Assembly (NCBI GenBank): GCA_964016885.1
Contig: OZ024741.1
Span: 238,948,001-239,012,000 of the forward strand
Source of the DNA: Eledone cirrhosa
Lineage: Eukaryota
DNA length: 64,000 nt
Direction: 5' to 3'
Part shown: piece after piece, positions 26,927 to 39,198 of the stretch
Position numbering within the stretch: position 1 is the first letter of the stretch
Layout of the letters: each line of letters opens with the position of its first letter
Notes under the pieces: generated by a model
The model's database searches: none
Told to the model about the DNA's origin: nothing
The model's input: only the letters and a program-made list of their open reading frames with translations
Translations under genes and position numbers: made by a program

Positions 26927-27166
26927 AATATACATATATATATAAATATACATATATACATATATATATAAATATACATATATACATATATATATAAATA
27001 TATATATACATATGTATATATATATATATAAATATACATATATATATATAAATATACATATATATATATAAATATACATACATATATAAATATACATATA
27101 TACATATATATACATATATATATATATATAAATATACATATACATATATATACATAAATATACATA

Positions 27167-27228
<62 letters not shown>

Positions 27229-27407
27229 CAGTTTATTTTGATCATGCCTTTATTTTTAAATGTTCTCATTCCTTGTATTTTGATCATGCTTTATTTTTAT
27301 TTATTATTTATTATATTTTTGTCTTTATTTGTTAATTTTTCATTCGCACCGTTTCCTTTCGCTATATGTCTCTCCACCACTCCCCTACACACCTTTTGAA
27401 CTCTTAC

Positions 27408-27435
27408 CTGAAGAAGGGCTTATGCCCGAAACGTC
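27408..27435 (+). ncRNA. Minimal hammerhead core in PLE 3' fragment 27226-27520
   Basis: CTGAAGA-a-gggc ttat gccc-GAAA-cg-TC. Stem I is not evident. A decayed copy lies at 57613-57640. Confidence 0.65.
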
Positions 27436-27518
27436 GTCCTCCACCTACCCCCCACTCTCCTGTGAATCTAATAAACATTTGTCGTACTGCCTCTCTGTTC
27501 TGTCCCTGTTCAATTTTT

Positions 27519-27557
<39 letters not shown>

Positions 27558-27577
27558 CATATATATATATATATAAA

Positions 27578-27720
27578 CATGGTGGCTGCCAACTCGTTTT
27601 CGAGTACGACCACTACTTTATATCCATGTAGGAGAACCCCTACCGATGCGCTGAACGAGTGTGACTTTTTAGTCCAGCCAGCGACTTGAAAACTCTGGTA
27701 CAAAGACTACACTTGTGACA
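27578..27720 (-). mobile_element. Extreme 3' end of an RTE-type LINE (terminal C2H2-like finger plus short UTR) within (TA)n
   Basis: [25 protein letters not shown] resembles the C-terminal CxxC..GLxSH finger of RTE/BovB-type ORF2. Confidence 0.65.
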
Positions 27721-27741
27721 AATAAATATATATATATATAA

Positions 27742-27808
<67 letters not shown>

Positions 27809-27904
27809 CTTATATATATATATATATACACATATATATATATATATATATATATAAATATACATATATATATATATATATACATATATATAAATATACA
27901 CACA

Positions 27905-27951
<47 letters not shown>

Positions 27952-28343
27952 GTATGTGTCTCTCTTTATATATATATATATACATGGAAATTGTTGAAGC
28001 CTATTGCATATATATCATTATCACTTAACAAAAATCGGATATTACATGATGATGATGATGATATATGACAAGCTTCAACAATTTCCATATTTTAATTTTC
28101 ACCCACAATGTATTGGTCGAAGATACTATATTAGTCGAAGATTTTTGCCATGCACTGGAACTATGTTTATTTATATATAAATTCATAAAGTATTACTTTA
28201 TTTCAATCGTTATCCAATGTACAACATTTGTGTTATGTTCTTCACTTTAATTTAGCTGTCATGATTAAGACGATGGTGAAGCATATATATTTATTTATAT
28301 CCATATGTATGTGTCTGCGTATATATATGTATATATATATCTA

Positions 28344-28387
<44 letters not shown>

Positions 28388-28419
28388 CATATACACATAT
28401 ATATATATATATATATAAA

Positions 28420-30483
28420 CGTTAGAATATGTGTAATAAGGCCAAGACAATGCAGATATGGACATAGAAAAAGAATGCAATAGTGAGAGATATTGGTGAG
28501 AATTAGTCTTTCACCTTGAATTTATTTAAATGTCCTTAATTTTCGAGATAATATCTCTTCTTCGGAGGGAAGTAAAAGTCTCAGACCAGCGTCTAAATTT
28601 CCAATGAAGCCATGCTGACCGGAAATAGTATAGAGTTCTAACTTTAATATCAAAGAATTAAAATTAGGTGGGTAAAGAGTAGTCTCCCTTTAAGAGGGGT
28701 TTGTTTATGTTTTTGTTGTGTTATGTAAATTTTATATGCGTGCCTGTATATGTGTGTGGGAGAAAGCATGAAGGTGTAGGTATGTGTGTGTGTGTGAGTG
28801 TGGGAAGATAGGTCTAATCGTAAAAGTGGGGGGTAGGTGTTATCTGGTGTTAGAACTGGTTTTGTGTGTGTATGTGTGAGAGAGAATAAGTGGGGGTGTG
28901 TGCGTGCGTGTGTGTGGGGTGTGTAAAGTGGGGCTAGAGGCCCTATCAGGTTATAAATTGGGTGTTGAGCTCTAGTCTATTATTGATTGGTGGATGTGTT
29001 CTATCTATAATGAGTGCTTCCTTGATTCTAAGATTACCGAGGTTTCTTTCTTTAGTTTCTATCCTAACTGTTATGTTTTTATCAGTGTTTTTGCATTTAA
29101 CTAGGTGTTTCTTAAATGAGGAAGCGTTAGTATTGAGGTGTTCTTTTATTCTTATGTGGAGTGGTCTGGTGGTGCTACCTACGTAGAAGTTGTTGCATTT
29201 GTCACACTCTAGTCTGTAAACTACGTAAGCCTGGTGGCATAGGTCTGTGTCGTTGATGGGGCAGTTGGCTAGTCTGCAGCAGTTGTCATGTCTGGTGGAG
29301 TGTCTCTTAGCTAGCCGTCCACGCAAAGAAGGACCCGAATGGGCCAGTTGAATATCCAGACCTTCTCGTCTGATGGCTCTGCGGATGGCTGTTGTTGTTT
29401 CTTCACTGAAGTGTGGGAGCTTCAGGAAGCAAGTGTTAGTGCCTCGGGTGTGGTGTCCTCTGTTCTTTCTGGCACGGTTTGTGGTGGATGTCGTGTATCC
29501 GTTCAGTTTGAGTACTTCCAGGAAATGTGTGGTGTGTGTGTCTCGGTCTCTGGCGTCGGTGCATTTGTTCTTGATACGTGCTAGTTCGTTCTTTATGTAT
29601 CCGAACTTGGCACCGAGTGGGAGGGCCGATCTGAAATGTACGAACAGGTCCCTGCTGGCGGATTTTTTATAGAAGCAGGTGTGGATGTTGCCTTCCTCTG
29701 TTACCCTGAGTTGGAAGTCCAGCAGGGATAGGGATCCGCGGTCATCGGGGTGTTCAATGCTGAACTTTATACTGGCGTCCATGCTGGAGAATGTTGTGTA
29801 TATTTTCTCTGCCTCTTCACGGGATGATGTAAGGATGAGTATGTCATCTACATATCGGGTGAAGAAGGCATGGGAATGGCAGGTGTTGAGGGCTCGGCAT
29901 TCTAGCTGGTTCATGTAAGTGATGGCCAGCAGGCCAGAGAGGCTGGATCCCATGGGTAATCCTGTTGTCTGTCTGTATGTGTGGTGGTGGAAGGTGAAGT
30001 ACGTGTTGTCTACCGTGAAGGACAAAAGTTGGTGTATGTCCGTCGGGTGGAGGCCGTAGCAGTGGATGTTCTCTGCGACCACGCAGTCCGTCAATAAATC
30101 GACAGCTGGGTGAGCGGGGACTGTAGTGTAGAGGGAGACAACGTCGAGGCTAAAAGCGTATTTATTAAGTTTAAGTTGTTCTGGCTGGAGTTGGTGTAAT
30201 CTACGTATAACTTCGTCGGAGCTACTGACATGTCCGGGGAAGGTGGAGAGTAGAGGCTTGAGGACCTGGGAGAGAAGCCAGGAAATTTTGTATAGGGGTC
30301 CTTCTATGCTAGAGACGATGGGTCTTATATGCGTCTTAGTGCTATTCTTGTGGGTCTTGATGAGGTGGTAGAAAGTGGGCAGTCTGCTATTTCTAGTGGT
30401 GTAGTTGAGTTTAATTTTATTCGGGAGTTGTCTTCTCCTACAGATATCGAACCAAATGGAGTTGGTCTGTATATAACCTCCTC

Positions 30484-30486
<3 letters not shown>
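28420..30486 (-). mobile_element. 5'-truncated Penelope-like retroelement between (TA)n tracts
   Basis: RT + GIY-YIG ORF followed by a ~520-bp 3' region with an HHR. Both ends abut (TA)n. Confidence 0.95.
28534..28568 (-). ncRNA. Minimal hammerhead motif of the adjacent PLE, variant core CCGAAGA
   Basis: Minus strand reads cct-CCGAAGA-a-gaga tatta tctc-GAAA-at-TA-agg. Confidence 0.7.

Positions 30487-30487
<1 letters not shown>
28946..30487 (-). CDS. PLE reverse transcriptase + GIY-YIG endonuclease (N-terminally truncated, uninterrupted)
   Basis: FYHLIKTHK, RPIVS, SLDVVSLYT, GLPMGSSLS, RYVDD, LLDF, VVYRLECDKC..YVGSTTR..RIKEH, KEALII..PPIN. The listed ATG is formed at the microsatellite junction. 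Confidence 0.93.
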
Positions 30488-30534
<47 letters not shown>

Positions 30535-31151
30535 TTGCTTATACAGGAACTGATTTGGCTTGATTTCTACAGCTGGATGCACTTCCTAACACCAACCTCA
30601 TTTACAGTCAGTGCTGGGCGCTTTTTCGTGGCGCCTACACATCCACTTTACAGTGTGGGCTGGGTGTTTTTTTGCCGTGGCACCTCCACGACCACCTTGC
30701 GGTGGGGGGTGTGGGGGCATATTGTCTATATGCTTCAGCTTGTACCCATGGGAGGTCGGGTACTCTGTATTACTGCATGACGCCAGAAGTCACGGCCATG
30801 TGTCATTATATTTTTTCTTTTTCCAAATCGCCAGTCTGAGGAGCAGATGTAGAGTTGAATCCATAATCCCTAGGGGCCACCTTAAGCCAATCCCCTGCGA
30901 AAAGCATGTAACAGGTCAATACATAATAAATATCTTTTATATGTAAACAAAACTTCCTTGTTTGTTTTCTATTATATACACTCCACATGTACATAGAGTG
31001 CTTGAGTTAGTACCAACACCAATAATTTACTGTACTATGACTCCAGTTCCTCAGTGAATTAACAACCCAACAAGGAACTGGGCATATCAGAGTATTGACA
31101 ATATTATACACCTAAACAACATATGTACTTGTCTATACCATACTAATTCAA

Positions 31152-31206
31152 ACTGCCTGAAGAGGTCACAGCCAAAGATGGCTGTCACTGAAATATATAT
31201 AGCAGT
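31152..31206 (+). ncRNA. Type I hammerhead ribozyme in PLE 3' fragment (~30830-31258)
   Basis: actgc-CTGAAGA-ggtcacagcca aaga tggctgtcact-GAAA-tatata-TA-gcagt: 5-bp stem I, long stem II, canonical core. Confidence 0.85.
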
Positions 31207-31490
31207 AATAAACGAAGCTAAATTTTAATCATTTGACTTTTATTTAACTTTATTTTATATGTATATATATATATATATGTATATAAATATATATATATGT
31301 ATATATGCATATATATGCATATATATATATGTATGTATATATGTATATATAAATATGTATTTATATGTATATATGTATACATATATGTATATATAAACAT
31401 ATGTATATATATATGTATATATATATATATGTATATATATGTATATATATGTATATATATATATGTATAAACTCCGAGCAACGCCGGGCT

Positions 31491-31531
<41 letters not shown>

Positions 31532-31585
31532 ATACATATAAAAGATATATATATATATATTTATAAATATCTATACATATAAAAG

Positions 31586-31626
<41 letters not shown>

Positions 31627-31671
31627 CTTATATATATATACATATATATAACTGTCCATGCATTAATAAAT

Positions 31672-31718
31672 TGCTCCGAACAATCCAAACCTCGGTTTGG
31701 AGGAAACAGCTGTAAGCA
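31672..31718 (+). ncRNA. Hammerhead-like motif with variant core CCGAACA, in a ~110-bp island within (TA)n
   Basis: tgct-CCGAACA-atccaaac ctcg gtttggag-GAAA-cagctg-TA-agca. Confidence 0.65.
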
Positions 31719-31779
31719 CAATAATGTTTTGAGCAGTTCTTTGATTCTTATATTTCATATGTATATCTATATATATATA

Positions 31780-32102
31780 TCATCATTTCATCATTTCATT
31801 TTACGTCTGCTTTTCCCTGCTTGCAAGGGTGGGACGGGAACTGATTCTGGCTTGATTTCTACAGCTGGATGCCCTTCCTAACACCAACCTCATTTTACAG
31901 TGAGTGCTGGGTGCTTTTTTGCCGTGGCACCTCCACGACCACTTTGCAGTCCCTATCATCTCATTTCTACTGCTGAGTAAACTGGAGCAATGTGAAATAA
32001 AGTGTCTTGCTCAAGGAAACAACACATCACCCGGTCTGAGAATTGAACTCACAACCTTTCGATTGCAAGGTCAATGCTCTAACCACTAAGCCATGTGCCT
32101 CC
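31780..32102 (-). mobile_element. SINE family B (tRNA head, central domain, RTE-like tail), with an internal deletion
   Basis: Reverse complement of 33235-33577. Confidence 0.9.
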
Positions 32103-32126
32103 ATATATATATGTGTATATATATAC

Positions 32127-32161
<35 letters not shown>

Positions 32162-32483
32162 CATATATATATCTATACATATATATATATCTAAACATAT
32201 ATATACATATATGTATATATATATATGTATATCTACTTATACATACTTATATATATAAGTATGTATACGTACATACATATATGTATTTTTTCATTTTTTT
32301 CAGTTTTTCCATTTATATATACATATATATATATATGTATATCTATATATATATGTGTATATATATATATATGTATGTATATATATATACATCTGTGTAT
32401 ATATATAGGTATATATGTATATCTATACCTATATATATATACATGTATGTATATATATATATATGTATATCTATATTTATATG

Positions 32484-32514
<31 letters not shown>

Positions 32515-33026
32515 CATCATCATCATTGTTTAACGTCCATCTTCCACGCTAGCATGGGTCTGGACGGGAATTGTCCCACTTGAGGCAAGATTGGTTGTCT
32601 TGCTCGCATAGGACTGTCTGGCAGGTTTGCTACGGCTGGATGCCCTTCCTAACACCAACCACATTTACAGTGTGGACTGGGAGGTTTTTACCATGTTACC
32701 TACACGGCCACATTACAGCGTGGACTGTCTGGCGGGTTTTCTACAGCTGGATGCCCTTCCTAACACCAACCACATTTACAGTGTGGGGCTGGGAGGTTTT
32801 TACCATGTTACCTACACGGCCACATTGCAGTGTGGACTGTGTGTTTTTTTGTCATGACACCTACACAATCTCATTTGTTTCGGACTGGATGTTGTCGTAC
32901 CAACATAGCTTTATATTTATGGGGGTGGTGTGGATGGGGTGGGGGTAGTGGGACGGGGTGTATTTTGTTAGAGGTGCCTACTGACTGTAGGTTTCGCTTT
33001 GTACTTAGGCAAGATCTATACTTATT

Positions 33027-33096
<70 letters not shown>

Positions 33097-33185
33097 TATC
33101 TATAATTATATATATATATATATACTTATATGGCCTCAGCCAGATGGCTGAAACAGGTAAAAGAGTAAAAGAGTATATCTATACA

Positions 33186-33234
<49 letters not shown>

Positions 33235-33577
33235 GGAGGCACATGGCTTAGTGGTTAGAGCATTGGCCTTGCAATCGAAAGGTTGTGAGTTCAATTCTCA
33301 GACCGGGTGATGTGTTGTTTCCTTGAGCAAGACACTTTATTTCACATTGCTCCAGTTTACTCAGCTGTAGAAATGAGATGATAGGGATTGGGGTCCATAT
33401 CATTCCACTGCAAAGTGGTCGTGGAGGTGCCACGGCAAAAAAGCACCCAGCACTCACTGTAAATGAGGTTGGTGTTAGGAAGGGCATCCAGCTGTAGAAA
33501 TCAAGCCAGAATCAGTTCCCGTCCCACCCTTGCAAGCAGGGAAAAGCGGACGTAAAATGATGATGATGATGATGATG
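33235..33577 (+). mobile_element. SINE family B, full copy
   Basis: ggaggcacatggcttagtggttagagc A-box, gagttcaattctc B-box, ccttgagcaagacact central motif, tail gcaagcagggaaaagcggacgtaaaa(tga)n. Confidence 0.92.
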
Positions 33578-34494
33578 ATATGTGTATATATGTATATCTA
33601 TACATATACATATATATATATATGTATATCTATACATATATGTATATATATATGTATATATATATATGTATATCTATACATATATGTATATATATATATA
33701 TATATATTTATACATATGTATATATATATATCTATACATATATGTATATACAGATATGTATATCTATACATATATGTATATATGTGTGTATATCTATACA
33801 TATATGTACATCTATAGATAAATGTATATATATATATATATTGACGCGTGTTTCACTATTGATCAGCTCAAGGTTCAATCTGTATTGATCTGGCTTGACG
33901 CTGGAATCAAAAACTTGTCGGACGTATATATATATATATATGAATATATGCATATATGTATAGATATATATATATATATATCTGTATATATATAGATATA
34001 TATATCTGCCTTATATGTATACACATATTTATATTTATGATAATATATGTATATTCATGCATACATATATATTTTTAGAGAGATAGGGGTGCAGAGAGAC
34101 AGAGCGGGAAAGGCTTTCTTCATTCAACAAGGACCAAGGGTTTTGCACCTGGGAAGTTCCTCTCTGTGACTATTTTTTTATTTGTGGAAGACTAGCAGTC
34201 ACTCATGTATACCAGTCACCCCTCTCCACACTAGCGATGTTATTCAAGGCAAAGGCAATGTCTCTAATGCCAATCCCTTGGCATTAGAGACATTGCAACT
34301 CATTTTCACAAGGTTGAAATAAAGTTGCCAAAAGATATGAAGCATCACCTGGTCTGGGAATCAAACATACAATTGTGAATCCAACTCCTAACCACTAAGC
34401 CACGTGCTATCAATGTGTAGACATTTATACATACATATATATCTTTATTTCTCTATCTATCTATTTATATATTTATATATATATATATATACAT

Positions 34495-34836
34495 TTCATT
34501 TCATTCATTTCATTTTACGTCCGCTTTTTCCCTGCTTGCAAGGGTGGGACGGGAACTGATTCTGGCTTGATTTCTACAGCTGGATGCCCTTCCTAACACC
34601 AACCTCATTTACAGTGAGTGCTGGGTGCTTTTATACCGTGGCACCTCCACGACTACTTTGCAGTGGAATGATATGGGCCCGAGTCTTATCATCTCATTTC
34701 TACAGCTGGGTAAACTGGAGCAATGTGAAATAAAGTGTCTTGCTCAAGGAAACAACACATCACCCGGTCTGAGAATTGAACTCACAACCTTTCGATTGCA
34801 AGGCCAATGCTCTAACCACTAAGCCTTGTGCCTCCA
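34495..34836 (-). mobile_element. SINE family B, full copy
   Basis: Reverse complement of 33235-33577. Confidence 0.92.
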
Positions 34837-35029
34837 CATAATCATGTTATATATATATATAACATGATTATGTGTTTTGTTTCATAACATATAAAATAAT
34901 TGTATGTACAACTCCCATGGAATTGTGTAAGGAAATAAATATGATTTAAAAGGTAATTTTTTCATCTATATATATACTTGATTATATATATAGATATGTT
35001 TATATATGTATATGTGTATATATACATAT

Positions 35030-35124
<95 letters not shown>

Positions 35125-35758
35125 TATATATATACATTTACATAAATATAAATATATATATATTTACATATACATAAATATATATATATTTACATATACA
35201 TAAATATACATATATATATATATATAAATGAATATATATATATGCATATATATCTGTAAAATGGTCATGTAGGTGTCACAACAAAAAGCACCCAGCACAC
35301 AGTATAAATGTGGTTGATGTTAAGAATGGAATCCAGCCGTAAAAACCAAGCCAAAATCACTTCTGTGTGAATGAAACACTCTCACTCCGTCCTGATCTCT
35401 CACAAAGGGATAGCCTGCCCTACCCATGCTAGCATGGAAAATGGACATTAAACGATGATGATGATGATGATGATACATAAATATACATATATACAAATGA
35501 ATGTATATATATATATATATCATATAATCATACACATATATACATTCATATATATATATATATATGTGTAGGTGTCACGACAAAAAAACACACAGTCCAC
35601 GCTGTAATGTGGCCGTGTAGGAAACACGGTAAAAACCTCCCAGCCCCACACTGTAAATGAGGTTGGTGTTAGGAAGGGCATCCAGCTGTAGAAAACCCGC
35701 CAGACAGTGGGAAAACTCCTGTCCAAACCCATGCAAGCGTGGAACATGGACGTTAAAC

Positions 35759-35794
<36 letters not shown>

Positions 35795-35865
35795 ACATAA
35801 ATATACATATATACAAATGAATATATATATATATATATCATATAATCATACACATATATACATTC

Positions 35866-35901
<36 letters not shown>

Positions 35902-36026
35902 ACTATGTATGGTTATAGAAGTGAGTATGTATGCAAAACAATATAAAATACAATTGTTTTTAACTGACATGTGGTTGCAGAGCCCTAACTTACACAAGGA
36001 GAACAAAGCCAGAGAGAAGATATAAT

Positions 36027-36437
36027 TGTTTCTACTATTGGCACAAGGCCAGCAATTACTCAGTACATTACTGGTACTCTATTTTATTGACCCCGTAAGG
36101 ATGAAAGGCAAAATTAACCTCGGTGGGATCTAATAATTGTTTCTACTATTGTCACAAGGCCAGCAATTACCCAGTACATTACTGGTACTTTATTTTATCG
36201 ACCCCGTCAGGATGAAAGGCAAAGTTAACCTCGGTGGGATCTAATAATTGTTTCTACTATTGTCACAAGGCCAGCAATTACCCAGTACATTACTGGTACT
36301 TTATTTTATCGACCCTGTAAGGATGAAAGGCAAAGTTAACCTCGGCGGGATTTGAACTCAGAATGGCAAGGGCCGTACCTCTATGCGTCAAAGCATGGCG
36401 TTCGACACTCTACCGATACTGCCACTTCACCGCCCAT
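36027..36437 (-). mobile_element. SINE family A with its 3' ~111-bp module present three times; 16-bp target-site duplication
   Basis: agagagaagatataat at 36011-36026 and 36438-36453. Three tandem copies of ttgtttctactatt..aacctcgg(t/c)gggat. Confidence 0.92.
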
Positions 36438-36854
36438 AGAGAGAAGATATAATGCTAAGAGATATATAATGACACTCACCAACACTTCATCAGCTTCACC
36501 TTTCTTTAGCACCTAGCATATACAACCACAGAACACCGTAACTGATGTTGTCAAAGTTTCCTTTCATTCTACAGGTCAAGTGGCACCAACTGACATTGTT
36601 AGTAAATTTAATATATGTACATGGATACATGTGTCTGTGTGTGTGTGTGTGTGAGTGTCTGTTCATATGAATGTATGTATAAGTATGTGCATGCGTGTGC
36701 ACACACACAAACACATAGCATGTGTGTGCAAACACACATATATATATGTCTGGCTTTGCATGTTGTGTGAGTATTATGTATGACTGCATGTATACATACA
36801 TACATACATATATATATACATATATACATACATATATATACATACTTACATATA

Positions 36855-36909
<55 letters not shown>

Positions 36910-38145
36910 ATACAGTAAGATATTTGAAAGAAAGAAGAATAGTTATATTTCATTTTTTTTCAAAAATATATGTGTGTCTGTGTATATATTTATATATATA
37001 TATATAGACACAAATATATGTGTGTGTGTGTATGGCGGGGTGTGTATTTGGTGTTTGTTTATGTCCTATAACTTAGCAGTTCAACAAAAGAGATAAATTA
37101 AATAAGTACAAAACTTGAAAAAATATGTATTGGTATTGATGTTATCAACTAAATCCCAGGGGCACACACATACACATGCACACACATGCATGCAATCATA
37201 CATATGTGCATAACCAGACATATATATGTGTGTGTGTGTGTGTGCATACTTGTATGTATTTGAAATAAATTCTTTCAGATACTTGGCTTCATGAAAAAGA
37301 ACAGTAATTTTGTGTCCTTGTTTTATCAATATATTACCGCTGTAAACTATTATCACCCTAGCTACAACTGCAAGCTTTCCAACTTCTCATGAAACATTCC
37401 TTGTTTATTTTTGTAGATATATTTTTAATTAAGTAAAATTTCAGAGTTGCCTTTAATAAATTTAACAATCCATTAAACAGCATTCCAAACATTGGATCAT
37501 TTTGTTTTCCAGCCCTACATACCCCCACCACCACCACCACCACCACGATGATCATCATGACCATGACGACCACCACCTGTTATTATACACCTACCCATCA
37601 TTGCTTCCATCAAATTCCTGTAAGTGATCTTGTAACAGTTGGGAAATACAGTATAGTATTTGATAGACTTTCACTTGAGCTGAGCCCAAATATATGGTGT
37701 GAGAGGGGTGAGATATCATTTGTCAGTCATAGTAATGTGATGTATATAATGCTAAAATAACATCCTCTCAAACAAAGCTTTTAAAGAACTCAACCACCCA
37801 TGCTTAGTGGCAGATCAATAAACTTTTTGCGAAAAGTGAACAGTAGAAAAACTGGCAATTACTTAAAAACACAAAATATTCTTCTCAAATTAAGAAGAAA
37901 CAGAGAGAGAAAGACTGAAAATGATGTTGTTTATATATCTTTTCCTAAAGTAGTTTATTTTTTTAGTTTAAAAACATTTTTTAACTACTTTAGTAAACAT
38001 ATGTACACACACAAAATCAAATCTATACTTTAAAATAAATTTCTAAGAATAATTATTGTTGTTATTGGTATAAAGTGAAGAGAAGATTTTTTTTTTCTCT
38101 TTTTGATAATTTTGGTAAAGTTAAAATTAAGGTAAGAAGTCTTAC

Positions 38146-38370
38146 CTGCATTGTTTTAATCCTTTGTTGCTTGGCTGTGACTGGAGAAGTGTGTATCCTG
38201 GTGTAGAGTTCCAGTATAACTGCTGCTGCAGTAGTGAGTGAGAGTGAAAGAGAGAGAGAGAGAGAGTGGCTGACTGTGTTGTTGTTGTTGATGCTGCTTC
38301 AGAAGAGTTATGTGTCGGTGGCCAGTGGGAGGAGGCTGCTACTGTAGCAAGGTGTTGTGCATTTCTGCAA
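38146..38370 (-). other. Candidate first exon of a host gene (5' UTR + ATG CAG, then splice donor)
   Basis: Minus strand reads ggattaaaacaATGCAG|gtaagac: A at -3 and a consensus donor, in a locally TE-free region. The upstream boundary is a guess. Confidence 0.35.
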
Positions 38371-39126
38371 GTATGTCTTAGTCAGTGTGTGCGTGTGTGT
38401 GCGTGTGTGTGCATGCGCGAGCATGTGTATGTGAGCATGAGTATATCTTAGTTTGTGTATATGTGTGTGTGTGAGTGTGTGCATGTCTCAGTTTGTGTGT
38501 ATGTTTGTCTAAGTTTGTGAATGTGTAAATGTGTGAGTGTGTGTATATGTGTGTGTTTATATGTATACAAGTAGACTTACATATGTATATGTATGTTACT
38601 GAGTTTGTTTTTTAGCATGTGTATGTATATATAAGTAGAATTGCATATATATACACATGTGTGTATATCTGTGTTACTGTATTTGTAAATAGCTGTATGA
38701 GTTTGTTTTTTAGCATGTATGTGTACATAAGTTAACTTACATATGTATGTGTTTTATTGTATGAGTTTGTCTTTCGCAATGTGTATTTGTATATAAGTAG
38801 ACTTACATACGTATATATTCGTGTGTATGTGTGTTACTGTATGAGTTTGTTTTCTGCAAGTCTTTTTGTCAAGGTGGGTGGGGGTGTACTGTGCTAAGAA
38901 GGTGGGGGGCTTGACTTTGGCAGTCGATTCCTGCTTTCAAACTGCCGTGCTGATGTGGGAAGAAAAACTGGGAGCCTCATTTCCAAGCTATTGTTGAACA
39001 ACTTCTCAACAAATCCAGTTAGTGAGAGACAAACAAAAGGAATAAAGAAAAACTGTGCTGAGCTTAAACATAATTCTATTTACTTATTTCTAAAACTATT
39101 ATAACACCCAACCACACACACACACA

Positions 39127-39198
<72 letters not shown>

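Noticed and set aside
27985-28290. Short inverted match (tggaaattgttgaagc / gcttcaacaatttcca) and a cgaaga..cgaag pseudo-core
   Set aside because: Probably another decayed PLE fold-back, but neither core nor arms are sufficient to support it.
29339-29918. Plus-strand ORFs overlapping the PLE ORF
   Set aside because: They are antisense shadows of a GC-richer coding sequence and have no motifs.
33235-33310. tRNA-like sequence (also at other SINE heads)
   Set aside because: It continues into a SINE body and tail and occurs in many copies. It is not a standalone tRNA gene.
33841-33870. Possible ultra-minimal HHR on the minus strand (ctgatca-atagt-gaaa-cacgcg-tc)
   Set aside because: The core is mismatched, and stems I and II are nearly absent. 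Too weak to call.
34836-34873. Short palindrome acataatcatgtta(ta)n taacatgattatgt
   Set aside because: Only ~13 bp of unique arm around self-complementary (TA)n. Too small to assign to the fold-back class.
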